A stretch of 64,000 bases of DNA from Trichoplax sp. H2 (lineage: Eukaryota): NCBI GenBank assembly GCA_003344405.1, contig NOWV01000032.1, forward strand, positions 124,001 to 188,000. The letters are read 5' to 3'. Position 1 is the first letter of the stretch. Every line of letters starts with the position of its first letter. The notes under the pieces are model-generated. The model saw only the letters and a program-made list of their open reading frames with translations. It made no database searches and was not told the DNA's origin. The translations under genes and the position numbers were made by a program. Below, piece by piece: positions 39,009 to 52,500 of this stretch.

Positions 39009-40097
39009 TTAGTTATCTTTATAATCTTCATGGCTAGATCCTTCTTCCTCTATTTCATGGTCACCCTCCACTGAATTATCAGGTGTATCCAATTTTAAAT
39101 TTTTTAATACAATCCGATAACGAGCCAAGTTTCTTCCAATACGTTGAAATGCAGTCTGGCAATTTTCAGTATTCATTTCCATCAGCTCTATCTCTGCTTT
39201 AATATTATGTACAGCAACAAATTCTATCATAGAGCGTATACATTCAGGTGACGCTGCTATTGATCCAATTAAACTAATTTTTTTATTTATTATCAAATTA
39301 CCATCCACAGTCATTGGAAAAGGTACAGCACCTAACATAATAAACTTGCCGTAAGGATTTAGTAATTTTAAGAGATTATTCCAATCTATTGGTACTGATA
39401 CTGTACTGAAAATAGCATCGAGTTGTCCAATACTTTCTAATGTTTCACGATTAGCCGAAATAGTCATAAATTCATCTGCACCAAAATTCAATGCTTCTTC
39501 TTTCTTGTTCAAACTGCTAGATATCGCTATAACATAGCATCCCCAAGCCTTAGCAAATTTTATTGCCAGGTGACCAAGTCCGCCAATTCCCACTATTCCA
39601 ATACGACTAGTAGGCATAATGCTTAATTCTTTCAGTGGAGCATAAACTGAAGCACCTGCAGTTAATAATGGTGCTATCTCAGCAGAAGGTATCTCTTCTG
39701 GAATTGTATAGACAAAACGAGCATCCCAGATAATGTATTCACCAAAGCCACCCAGCAGCGCATCTTTAAAACTTTTTTTATCAGGACACAAGTTTTCACG
39801 ATTAGACTCACAAAATTTACAAGCATGGCAAGAAGAAAGCTGCCAGCCAACCCCCACCCTCGTACCAGCTTCCAAATTTTTTACGAGAAGTCCAACATCT
39901 TCAATTATACCAACTACTTCATGTCCAGGAACGGTGCCAGCTGAGGCAAGGAGATCAGTATGTGATACACCGCAATATTCGACTCTAATTAAACAGTCGT
40001 ATTCTTCTAACTCGGGAAATTCGCTTTCAATTTTTGTAAAAGTGAATTCGTCATTATCGGCTATCATAAACGCATTAAATTTATATGGCACTGACAT
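39009..40097 (-). CDS. Intronless medium-chain dehydrogenase/reductase, cinnamyl-ADH/Ahr-like; structural Zn site retained, catalytic Cys ligands replaced
   Basis: 362-aa ORF with CGVSHTD (Cys to Ser), PGHEVVG, structural loop CHACKFCESNRENLC, APLLTAG (Cys to Thr), GIGGLGH, SSSLNKK (NADP-type) and ARYRIVL. Confidence 0.93.
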   Translation of the reverse strand: MSVPYKFNAFMIADNDEFTFTKIESEFPELEEYDCLIRVEYCGVSHTDLLASAGTVPGHEVVGIIEDVGLLVKNLEAGTRVGVGWQLSSCHACKFCESNRENLCPDKKSFKDALLGGFGEYIIWDARFVYTIPEEIPSAEIAPLLTAGASVYAPLKELSIMPTSRIGIVGIGGLGHLAIKFAKAWGCYVIAISSSLNKKEEALNFGADEFMTISANRETLESIGQLDAIFSTVSVPIDWNNLLKLLNPYGKFIMLGAVPFPMTVDGNLIINKKISLIGSIAASPECIRSMIEFVAVHNIKAEIELMEMNTENCQTAFQRIGRNLARYRIVLKNLKLDTPDNSVEGDHEIEEEGSSHEDYKDN

Positions 40098-40680
40098 AAT
40101 GGACGTTAACTTATCGAAACGTTTTCCTAAACTAGTTTAGCTTTAACTTTATACCTACAATGTATTAAATTTAAGAGAGTAAGTTTAACTCAAGCATGAA
40201 TGAGAGCTAAATTTTCTTCTAGCTCCAAAAATTGCTGATATTTATAAACTAGTATGACACTTTCTAAATAATAACGAAAGTAAATGAATGTATTAATGCA
40301 AGAAAAGCAGTAAAATATATTTTACAAATTTTTTACCGGAATGAAGATATAATTTATCAAATTACAACGTATTGCCAAATCTACCGAATTATCATTTACA
40401 GGCACAATGGTTCACTATCATAGGCTTGACCTCTCTTGTACACCATGCAAGGCTTTTTAAGGGCAAATATGCATGAAAAGATTCAGGATGTTTACTATAC
40501 TATGTATTACTTATTATAAATTATCAACCAAATTTTCTTGAGATTCGGTAGAAAATCTCCTATAATAAATTAATAAACACATCAATAACCAGTAACTTCA
40601 AATGATGTTATACTGTACAGTAGTTTACCGTTCAAATTCCTCATCAATTTTATTATAATACATCTTAGGGTTTATTTCAC

Positions 40681-40694
40681 GTTGTCATGGCAAC
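40681..40694. promoter_or_regulatory. RFX X-box about 580 bp upstream of the second ADH-like gene
   Basis: GTTGTCATGGCAAC, one mismatch from the perfect palindrome GTTGCCATGGCAAC. Confidence 0.7.
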
Positions 40695-40793
40695 GATCTA
40701 GACTTAAACTCATGCGTAAACTAGTCAGATACTGTACTTTGCTCATGCTATCTTACTGAAAAATTGAGTTGCACACAAGCATTAACGATCTCA

Positions 40794-41022
40794 AAAATGT
40801 AAAGTATTATATTAATGCGTTACTATTGTATTGATATTTGAGAATATTAATGTAGTAAGTCTGACGTAGACCACTTGATTAATTAGCCAAAGTGCCGTAG
40901 AGTAGACCGTCGTAAAATGTAAAGCAAAGTATGCGTATTAATACGTTACTATTCATCGATATTTTAGAAGCATTAAGGCAGTAAATCTGATGTCAAGCAA
41001 TATATTGATTAATCGAAGTACC
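40794..41022 (+). repeat. Degenerate two-copy tandem duplication, period about 120 bp
   Basis: aaaatgtaaag..tattaatgcgttactattgtattgatatttgagaa..tagtaagtctgacgt..ttgattaat versus aaaatgtaaag..tattaatacgttactattcatcgatattttagaa..cagtaaatctgatgt..ttgattaat. Confidence 0.75.
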
Positions 41023-44000
41023 TGAGTCTTCAACGCAATCCTCTAATAAGCATTCAATATACAGTTACCAAAGCGATCGTTAAACAGTAAAATAAGAATT
41101 TTGTAAAGATTTATTCGATACTTTACAGTCCATTTCGTCAGTAGGTGTACCGGAGTGGCCGCAATAAATAAGTGTATTAACGTGAAAGTTGTAATGTAGA
41201 TATACGAGCTCGTACTACTTGGCAGCGTATTTCATAAATTTCTGTGCATGTTTTATATTCAACTTTACTGAAAATTAGATCATGATGAAAGATTTAACGA
41301 GTTAATGAGAAATAATGTTGGAAGCCATTCATTCTTTTTATTAATAAGGTAGTGAGCTAATTAAATTAGAGGGCAGATTCGCGTTATGTATATTTTAGGT
41401 CATCGAGAAAATAATTAACTGTCAATTAGTAATCGTACTTACAATGTCGACTGATCAACAAAATTTTACAAAAATATTTACATATCCTTATTGAAGCAGC
41501 CGTTATTCTAGACTTCAATAATGGAATAACGTGACAAATTGGTTTATCAACTTTTCGTAGCGTGATATATAAAGCCTGCTTTATCTCATCAATAAATGAG
41601 CATCTGCATTCTAGTGCTTATGATACATGTTACTATATTGAATAGATTCAAAATTCTTCAAAATATTATGCTTGCGAGCTGCATTATTTTTAATACATTT
41701 AATTGTATTCTGATGACCACCGATATCTACTGTATACGATTTTTATTTATGAATCTGAGGTGATACATAAAGTAGGCTTAAATATAGCATTCTTGGTGTT
41801 ACAGACTGCGATCCAATAGATGAACCTGTGATCCCTTTTTTGTTGGATAAGTAACTTAAGAACGTTAGCGAGCTCATTCGATACACAAATTAGAACGAAT
41901 TTACGAACGAAATACCAACAACCCTTATATAAGTCTCTTACTCAATGAGGCTCAATAACAAGAACTAGAATTATAACTAAAAGTATTAATTTTTTTAGCC
42001 AATCTTCATCTTTCGTAGCCATAAATCCATTAGTATCAATGAGATAGACTTTATTTTCATCGTAAGTGCTGTTTAATGAAGAATCAGCTCAATAGACTTA
42101 GGCCTTGGTGAGTATAATACTGAGCTGACCAACACTGCCAACACCTACAACACTAGCACAACTATGAAGTTAATTAGCATATAAGCGGAGCACAACTGTA
42201 ATTCGACATATAATAACGGATCCGTGTAGGAGACATAAAATTTCAGGGTAGGTGTACATGAAAGAAACGATGAGCCTTAGCTATGAGTATATAATTTAAT
42301 ATTTAATCGGCAAATCCATCTATTAAATCATTCATAAAATTATCAATACTTAGAATAGTATTTTGCCAACCATTATTGTTACAGGGATCCTATTTTTTAA
42401 GAGCCAAATCTGAAATGTTGTCAAACTGTTATATTTATTTTTGTTAATCATTATACCGTTATTAATAGACTGCTTTACTTTAAATTTTTCTGCATAATTT
42501 CCAATTGCAAAAGCTTCACTTCTACACGATTGATCGAAAATTTTCCTAACAAGATTGTACGATATAGAATACTTTGTGAAGTTTGTCAGAGTGTCATGCT
42601 GATGTACAGAGTGCATCTGTATGACAAACTTCAAAGTATTCTATATTCACAGATTCTTCCTCTAAGTTTAATTATAGCATACCTATCTTTATCTTATGGA
42701 AAGTTTACTTTCATATATTACATCAGCGATCGCATAAGCCTCTACTTTGCCCAATAGTTATCGCGAATCATGTAGAAAACGAAAGGTTTGATTAATTACC
42801 AACCGAGTTGCAGTAATACGTACTGCTCTGCGTGTGCATTCCTAATTTCTAATAACCGTAATATAACAGTGTATTAACCATACCAGGAATCTGGACTTAA
42901 TTACTATATGTCTCAATATAGTGCTCTTTTATACAGCTAACTTCTATAATGATCTTATGTTTTTATTGGTATTTAAAATTTTAAAGTTGAAGATTACAGT
43001 TGCTTTTCTATTGCAATTCAACAGTTTATAACTTAGATTGATTTCAATCAATTTTACTATAGTGTAATACAAGACACAAAGATCTCACGTTTTGTGCTAT
43101 TAAGATGAAGTTAATCTTTTCTGTTTCATTTGGTTACTATTAGTTTATAGCATCGAGAATTAGATCCTCTTTTTAAATCGCGTACAGATAAGTGTAAAAA
43201 TCCTGTCATAAAGGATTGATTCAATAAATTTTAAGTAGCATTGATTAATATTACTGTATATAGAAATACCAAATTAAGATAAAGGAAATAAAAAATGGAA
43301 ATAAAGATTACTAAATCAAATAATTACATTAACTACAATCATTTAGAAGTTGTAGCAACATCAATATCGTATACAAATATGCCAGAAATAAAGTTCAGTA
43401 AGGAGTAACATTAAGCACTCATTACAAATGCGTCAAACAGTAATTAATCCTATTCGATCATACAACGCTTTGTTACTAATATTACAGTACATAATTCATT
43501 ATCCACAGAGTATTTAAATTAATTGACATTTGCAAAATTTCTCATATAATGCAAACTGCAATAAGCATAAAATAAAAATAAGTTATAACGAAGATGTGCT
43601 AGGGTGATCCTTGATATAGTTAATTTCAAATTAGCTCTTAATAATTTGTATCTCCTATTGAATAATACTTATTCGTCTTAAAAAAAATACAGCATTTTCA
43701 TTAACGCCATTAAGTAGACCTGAAGGAATTTAGAATGAATGCTATCTAGGGTTTACTCGCGGTTGTAACTACACGCCGTTAATATAGTTTAACATGTAGA
43801 AATTGGTAGCTATCGGCAACTAATTAGATCTTTTACTATAATATTTCATAAGCACAATGTAATAGTAACATAAAGGTTCGAATTGGCGAGAATGACTATG
43901 ATCGCGTACTCTCAGTCAATAGAGCATGTACGAGTAACTCCCGAAATAGTAATAGGTACATTAGGTAAACAAATCATCAGTAAATTGCTATTAAAATCCT

Positions 44001-44097
44001 TTCCTAATTTTTAATATTTCATAATTTTTACATTTATAACAATAAAATAGCTTTGCAAATAAGCAATGAAGGCTCTTTTATCCTTCTTGTCCTTTAC

Positions 44098-47000
44098 TTA
44101 AATAATCGTTTCGATTTTACATAGTATCTTGCCTTTATATAGCGGCAGCTGATCTTCATCATCTGAATATTCTTCCATTACCGCACCGCATTCGAAATCT
44201 TCACACTCTTCTTTGAAAAAATATCTAAAAGTATAGCGTCAATAATAATCAGTGAATCTTTTCCTTGCATTTGGATTAATTCAACTAAAACGATACAAAA
44301 TGATCACGATTTTCATTGTAATGGATTGTTAACTTAAAGCAGATACAAATCAGCTAAAATATTAAAGAAATATACACTATGTCTTTATTTGAATACGTGA
44401 TCTATCAGTTGTAAGTCTCCTAATAATTTATGTATTATAAAACTACGGTATAATTAATTTCCAAACCATATAAAGAAATATCCTTGAATGTAATAATTGT
44501 TACCTGAATTCTCCCTTCTTACTTAAAACTGCTTTGAATTGGCCCAATGTTATATCTCTACCAGGGACAGTGATACGATATGGGACGGACTCAGAACAAA
44601 ATGTGTAAGTCACCGTCGTTCCTTTGCTGCTGTTCGACTTCCTTTTAGGCTTCGTTGATGTCTTATTAACATTGCATGATTCGCCTAGAGAAGTTCTAGA
44701 TTCGGTTAAATGGGGCGAATTCGTATCCATTCGATACTCCGCTTGCTTAATTGTATTTGCACTTAGCTCACTGCTATACTCTGAACCCTCACTGTAATAA
44801 TGACAAAACAAAAAACTAGTTAAAATACATTTTTCAATTCATGCTTAGGAGCAATCAAGAAATGATCTCTTAAGTAATTCAATGATTACTATACAACATT
44901 ATTGATGACTATGCCAATTAAATTTGAAGTTAAATACGTAATAATAGAAAATAGCATCTACAATTTTTATCTACTAACGAGTATATCATCAATCAATACA
45001 AAATAAAGATCTAATTTCCTTACCATTCATTGTGCTCAAATTCTTCTACTTCTAGGCGTTTCTTCACTCCTTCTAATATTTGTAACGGTTGATTACATTT
45101 GAAATGGCCACGTCGATGGTCGTTATTGTCAGTACCATGCGATGAATAAGACATGCGGCCAGGCGAAAGTACTCCGCTGTGATGATATCCTGGTGAACGT
45201 ACATAGCGATCGTCATATCGATAACCGTGATTTGTATTTACCACTACAGGGACGCTATAATCGGAAAGATTTGGCATCATATTTCTAAATGGAGGTTCAG
45301 TTGTGCTTGACCGTTGAGAGCTACTGTTAGAATTACTATGGTAATCGCAGGTTTGCTGAGACTGCATCATAACAACCCCAGATTTTCGTTCACGGTCACG
45401 TTGCGGTTGGAAATAAAGATTTCCATTGGGATCATTAATCGGGCGATATCTTCCCGTTTCGTTAGTTCTAATAGCTGATTTACCAGAACCTTCATAACTA
45501 CGGCAGAACAAATAAAGTTTTATAATTTATCAATAAATAACAGGATATCGCTATTTACTGTACAGTCTACGGAAAAAGAACAAAAGTGATCTGTGATTTC
45601 CCTAAAAATTAAGTTACCGATGAGTTTAAAACTGCTGCATGTGTTAATTGTACATATATACTGTACATTGTACGATAACAACATAGCTAAATGTATAAAG
45701 TCTTGCTATCATAAATAATAATAATTTTCACGATTTAAGATTAGACATGTACGAATACAAGTATTATAGTAACGAGGGCGAGAAGTCCTTCTGTGGCGAC
45801 TCACAAATTAAGGTACATTATTAACCCAGATATGACTTTCATAACAATATCAAATGTCATCGTGTGTATAAAATATTACTTTTTTATTTTTCATTAACTG
45901 TATAAAATCAAATTTACCTTTGGTAAGGCTCAGGATCAAGGTCATTTCTGTCTCTCATAGTTGTACTGTTACGACAGGAGAGATCTCGCTTCCTATACTT
46001 TACAATTCCCGAATCGGTCATGCTAATAATATCATCAAAGTCACGAGAAGAATAACGGCTACTGCTATTGGAAACTACTACTCCATTTCCTTCTGAGATA
46101 CGATGCACTGGGATTAGCGTTGGTCTACCATTGGATATTGAAGTTTCACCACAACTTCTCATAAGACGCTGCGGTTGCGTATTAATAATCATTCCAGCAT
46201 TTCTAACTGATCTGCTACTATTATCAGCTGATCGCTCATGTCGACTACTACAATAACCACCCTGAGAATTAACAGAACTAAGATCAGATGTAGATGAATA
46301 ATCCGTTATTGAGTCAGCACATGATTGCAGTTCGTCTACTCCATAGCTGTGTGGTGTGACTAAAGAATTGGTGGATGTAGTTCGATTATTCGGTGTAATC
46401 AATAGTTGTTGTGGTGGTTGCCTTATTCTGTGCGAACCAATTTGATTTCGTGCCTGTCCCTAATTATGTCGTATGATTGTTAATTAATAACAATAATTAA
46501 CTAAGACTTTTAAATATTCAAGCAAATCAGAGTTTTAAATCTATCCAATAAGTTATTATGTCACTATTGCTGAGATTAATGCTATAACTACAAAATAAAA
46601 ATTTTTATTCTATCCAATCTTATTTTTGAGTTAAAGTATACATAAGTAAAGTTTAACCTGCTGTAGATGGGAACTGTTATTATTGTCATCATTCGATCCT
46701 GGCCGTAGTATTTTCTCATCGATTCTTTGTACTAGTTGAGCAAAGAATCCTTGGGGGTCGCTGCCACCATGACGAGCATCGCCTTGACGCCGCTATAACA
46801 CAAAAATTTATACTTTGACTCAGCAAACTAGTAAAATTGAAAACAACTCAGATCCGTAATAGACACTAGTTTTTTTGATTTTTGTTTCCTCTATTTATCT
46901 TATAGACGTAGCTACTATGATGATAAGAACAAATTTAACTAATTTTAACTGTTACAGCGTATTAGGTACGCAATAAGATATTAAAATAGTGAACCCTAAT

Positions 47001-48654
47001 CACCGATGGTCCTTTTCTGTTTAATAATTTCACTTTTTCTTTCTGGGCTTTATAATCAAAGCCGTCGTCTTTATTGATAACGATAGTAGATAAATCAAGC
47101 CTGCCATGAAAGAAATAATATCAATGAAAACCGATACTTTTGCGAGACATTGTGGCTAAAGTCAATTTGTTAAGTCATTCACGATATTCGTAAAACAGTA
47201 GTTTAACGAGTACTTGTGAATTTCTAACCTATCGCGTTGATTTTCAGTTGCTATTCCCTTTCTTCGCTCGTTTATCGGTTTATCTGATTCATTTGGTATC
47301 GTCCTAATCATGAAATAGTTATATAGTTATAGTATGAAACTAATAGTTATAACAATTTGCGAAATGAACCAAAACTGATGAATTGTTTAATTATTGTTCG
47401 TTTGTATAAACGTAAAAATCAAAAACAGCTGATGATGCATTGTCTTCCTTTTACGCAGTACGAATCGATACTAGAGACTTACAGCTTGCTTTATCACGAC
47501 TAATACAGAATGTCGTATGCGCATTATGTCGAAGTAATTTAAGTATTCTAGTAGTAACAGTGTACAAACATCGTTCAATGTAGATTAAAAACTATAATAC
47601 TACTTATTTGCAACAAATAAAAAAGTAATTACACATTGACAAATATTTTGACTTACTTGTTCATTGCATTTGACTTTAAAGCAGCACCTTCAATATACGT
47701 ATCTTGTTGGAGTATTTCTTGGTTTTCCACTTGTTCCTTAGTATGATCTACATATTGCTTACCAAGATCATCCGTTTCAAAAGTGGAAATTTCCTCTTCT
47801 GGTAAAGGTGATAAGTTTGTGAAGAGTGTAATTGGCGATTTAACTTTAGGCATAGACTGATGATATTGTTGTTTCTGTTGAAATGAGTGTGATTGATAGA
47901 ATGCGGGTAATATTTCTTGTCTTATCCAATTTGTCACTTGCTCTAATGATCCATCGAATAAATTATCTTCCAGACAATCATATGTTATTTTATCCCGGAT
48001 TGCATCCTGATCTTGAGGTTGTAATCCAGGACAAATGGGTTTAGAGTTAAAACAAGTAGCTAAAATCGATTTGACAATATCATGGCGCTGAGCTAATTGA
48101 TGACATTGTTTATAACGTAGACATGCTTTCCAGAACATCAGCGCAAAATGGCATTGTCGGTCTTCCATAAAGCTCATTAATGCTGGTAAATCATCATCGC
48201 GGTCTAATAACATAAATGACGATAACAAGGTCGACTGTGTAGATAATGGCGAATGTGGAAGATTATCTTCCGACTCTGATCCTATAATAAGTGGAGATAA
48301 ATTAGGATCGCCTTCACCTGCAGAAACTTGTTCTACAAGTCCACGATTGCCATGAGGTAATTGTCTACCTTCATTACGGCTCTGATAAAATGACGATCGC
48401 GACGGTTGATTGTACGATGACGAAGCATTAGGCGAAGGTAAATCCTGCTGGTTCTGGTACGTACTCTTATCGAATAGATGTGGATTACCCTGATTAGAAT
48501 GTGGCATAGTCTGATGGCGTTCTTTTACAACGACATCGCCATTTTGATTGACCGATCCTGCCAGATAGTTATAATCTTCTTGATACACTGATTCTCCGCT
48601 ATTCTGGATTTTGGTCGAATCCTTCTGGTTGGCCATATCGACCGAGCAAACCAT
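44098..48654 (-). CDS. AXIN: Axin (Wnt destruction-complex scaffold), 8 coding exons
   Basis: Exons: 48654-47657, 47303-47229, 47100-47004, 46792-46658, 46459-45918, 45497-45024, 44791-44504, 44224-44098, all phase-compatible GT-AG. Domains seen: RGS (LMFWKAC...ILPAFYQS), GSK3-binding helix DPQGFFAQLVQRIDEK, and C-terminal DIX (TVTYTFCSESVPYR..ITLGQFKAVLSKKGEFRYFFK...LPLYKGKILCKIE). The start could instead be the ATG at 48636. Confidence 0.92.
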
Positions 48655-49496
48655 GTAAAATGACTTTTTGTTGTTTTATGATAGTAAGAATAGATAAAAA
48701 GAAAAAAGAAGTGGTCTATAATATTTTAATTGAGTAATAAATTACGCCCAATGTTCTCTCGTAAAATACGCGGATATTACGATGGTGCCTTGAGAGTTTA
48801 ATTGTTTTCTCGCTGATTGGTAATTTTTGAATAGTTGAGGCCGTTGATTTCTACTCGTATTTAGCGAAGAATATAAATGTCCAAGTTATGTATGTATCTG
48901 CAAAGATGAACAGCATTCATAAAACAGAGTGCAAACTATCCTGTACAATGTTGAGAGCTTAAAAATTTAATTTGTACAATATAATTACCTTGACTAAAGC
49001 AGTATTAAATACATAGGATTACAAATAAAGGTGAAGATCGAAATTAACGATATCAAGCACAGTCAATTAAGTTGTATAGTGGCAATTACTCAACTTTGTC
49101 GAACTACCAAATCTTCAAGTGAATAAAATAAATACTGAGGCGCCTACAACTGTACGTGAAATATATTGTACCTGAAGAAGTAAAGCAAAAACTATGATGT
49201 ACATAATCTCTGTTTACTGCTTTGTGATGTCTGTAAACTAGAGCGTCAAATAGTGCCCGATTAAGGTTGCTCATGCATGCTCATACTTGTCTACCGGTTC
49301 AACGAAGATCTTACAATTCCACTCCGCCGTTTAGACAATTAGCATTGAATAGTACAGAACATGCAGAAGAATAGAGCGGTTTAAGCAAAAAGAGATTACG
49401 GAATATTTAAGTTAGGGTTCGTCGTAACATATAACAATCGACTAAGAAAATAGTAGGCGAATCAAAGCTCATAACATTTTAACAAATAAATAAATA

Positions 49497-49521
49497 ATAT
49501 CTATATCTATATCTATATCTA
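49497..49521. repeat. (ATATCT)n microsatellite
   Basis: atatctatatctatatctatatcta. Confidence 0.8.
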
Positions 49522-52500
49522 CAGTAGATCTATATATGCGCGTATGTAGAGAGAGCGATACGCATCTGTAGAATACATATCGTATACACGGTGTTATTAT
49601 TAATAAATAATAATTAATTATTATTGCCCTTGTACTGTATTGTATCGAATTGTATTTATTAGTATATAGTTTACAAACTCACGGCTCCAATGTATACCGT
49701 ATCTGCAGTTACTGTAGTACTTAAAAGTTTCCGATGATCAAGAACAAATGGTAACCCAACTATCGCACAGCAGACGCTACATGATGTATTATTATGTACT
49801 ATATCGATCATACTGGACTGTATATAAGACACATGTTAGGAACATGCACGCAATAGTGTTGTAGGTAGTTAACTAGTTCTGGTACACAGTGGACAGCCTG
49901 TTCAATTTTAGTAAACCATAAATAAATATTATTATTATTATTATTCGATACTGAATTGTGCGTGCATTCACATTCAAAAAAACTACCGCACAGTATCCAG
50001 TGATCACTGAATCGCTAGGTTCAATCGTAAAAAATTTCCTACTTGTGAAAGAAAAACAAAAACAAACTTGGATCATGTCGTAGGTGATGTAAAATTCGTT
50101 TCGACAAATAACAAAAAAGTTTTATTACTACTGTACTGCGGCAAGATAAACGAAGTATCAATACAATGCCTTGCAAGAACAAAAGGCTCCGACCGACAGT
50201 AGTGACACTATAAGAAACAAGGCGAACATATCCGCCGTACATTGTACGGTGAACTACAGTATGATTCACTGTGACTTACAGTCTTATACTGTAGGCTCCT
50301 AGCATTGCGTAACATTATATTTTGTATAGAACCGAACGGTTATGGCAATATACTACAATACTATAGACTAGAATAGTGTATCGAACGTTAGTCCTTGCCT
50401 GTGACGAAAGAGTCAGTCAATGACTTGATTCATGAGACAGCGAGTCCTTTTCCCCCTTGTGAACATCGTGAACATCATACTCTTGCTATTACAGTATTAT
50501 TAATGCACCTTTGCCACATTCTTCATATTTCTAAGGTGCTACTGCTTATGGATTAATTAATGAATGAACTTTTAGAGCTCCAGTGCGTGTTACTTAGTTG
50601 ACTGATTGTATATATATATAGCTAATTAGAGTAAAGAATACAACGTCAGTAGAAAGGGCTGATAGTGGCGTAACATTGCAGGCTACGTAATAATCATCAA
50701 TTGCGACTAGGAACATTGTGAATCCCTTATTTACAGTACTCTGGAAGCAAAATATTATCGAAAAAGTTTGTCATGCCTCATGTAATCTCGACTACAATAT
50801 GTGATTGGCGTACTTTAAAAAACAAGAAAACAGTAATATTCATCGGTATAATGAACTACCAATGCTAGGGTAGCAATGATCTAAACCGGTGATCGTCTTT
50901 GCTGAACTGTAGTCCTGGAATTAACTTGTCTGAAGTATAATATTTTAGAAGACTACCTCTAATTTGCAAGATATGTCCTAAGAAAGAGAAGCGTGTTGCC
51001 AAATACTATATTCTAAGCGCGTTTTTTTCGAATAAACATAATATAAGAGCGTGCAAAAGTCCTACCCAAAAACACGATAAATTTTTGCAAAATAAATCTT
51101 GAACAAATCTCAAGTAAAAAATCGAAAATTGCTAAGGGAGAAGCATCCAAACGTGCAATACGATAATGACCAAGTCATTCAGTTCTTTAAAAAAGTACAG
51201 CAAAAATATACTGTATTGTACATCAAAATTACAAGGATCATCATAACCAAATCGTCATCAAATAAAAATATTTCTAACAAAGTTGGAAAAGAATAATAGC
51301 TAAGAGAATTAATAGATTTACAAGTTAGATTAGATATCAACACTTTACCTTATCAAGTATTACGTACTGTAAATGTCCTGTTCCAATAGCGTTATCAATT
51401 GTAACTTTAGTGCGAATCGAAGCTAAATATTCCAAAGAAAAGTAACGAAATAAGGATCATAAGACGTTTCTGAGCTTTCGTGATGGCTATCTATAGGCTG
51501 AATGTTGCTGTTAATCTGCTAAATAGATTAATATCGACGGTAAACACGAAATAGCTGACCCATCCAAGATTCTTTATGTAGCTCCGATCATTAACAGGAG
51601 TTGATGTTCGATAAGATGTAAATAATTATTCAATTTGAGTGAATGGAGATTTGCTGAAAGAATTTAACCTCAAAATGATCGTGCGGAGACGGAGTAAAAT
51701 AATCTGTTGTACGAACAGTGATATAATCAATTTATAAAATAGTTTACCTATCTCTATTAGTGTTGACCCTTTATGAACTTGTCATCGACAGTAAAGGCTA
51801 TTATCGCTCGAATTATTAGAATCAACATCCGCTGTCAGAAGTATGCCTGCAGTACAGTATCTAATAATAATTTAAAGATTTTGATAACAAATATAATTAG
51901 ACACTACCTTTAATTTATGTAAAACATTGGTATACTGTACGGACTCTGTGGACCATCTATTTAGTCTAAACTACTCAAAAATCGGTTTTGAATGATTGGG
52001 CCAGCAAGCAACTAAGTTTCTATGGTTAAACTTTAATACTATTCAATCAATACAGCGATCATTACTATTACGGCATACTTAATATCTCGATTATACTTTT
52101 TGAATATGAATCAGGCAAAGGTTGATTAAGGAACGGAGTTATTTTTGTCTCGATTGATTACAAAATGAACTGCACTATAGCAAAGAATAGTTTTGTTGTC
52201 ATGCTTCAACAATGCTTTTTACAATACAACAAAAAGAAAGCGACATTATCTCTATTTGTATTTGATCGTAATAGGACAGACTTAGGGAGGGGGTTCATCT
52301 TTCCATGGATTCTTTCCTATTTTTTCAATATCATATCACAGTGGAATTTCGTTTATAACGATGTTACCCTCCGTCTCTTTGCTCTATTTAAAGAAATGTG
52401 TAAGTATTGCATTGACTAAGCATGACGCCGAAAACAAAATGACAGCCTTTCATGATAGTGCTAAAATAATATACAGGCAACTTCGAACTTCAATAGCATC

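Noticed and set aside
39733..40140. 135-aa plus-strand ORF and similar short antisense ORFs over the ADH, HGS and Axin exons
   Set aside because: Shadow ORFs opposite or overlapping real coding sequence.
49461..49467. TCF/LEF site ATCAAAG upstream of Axin (Wnt feedback)
   Set aside because: A single AT-rich 7-mer is expected by chance and no clear cluster was seen.
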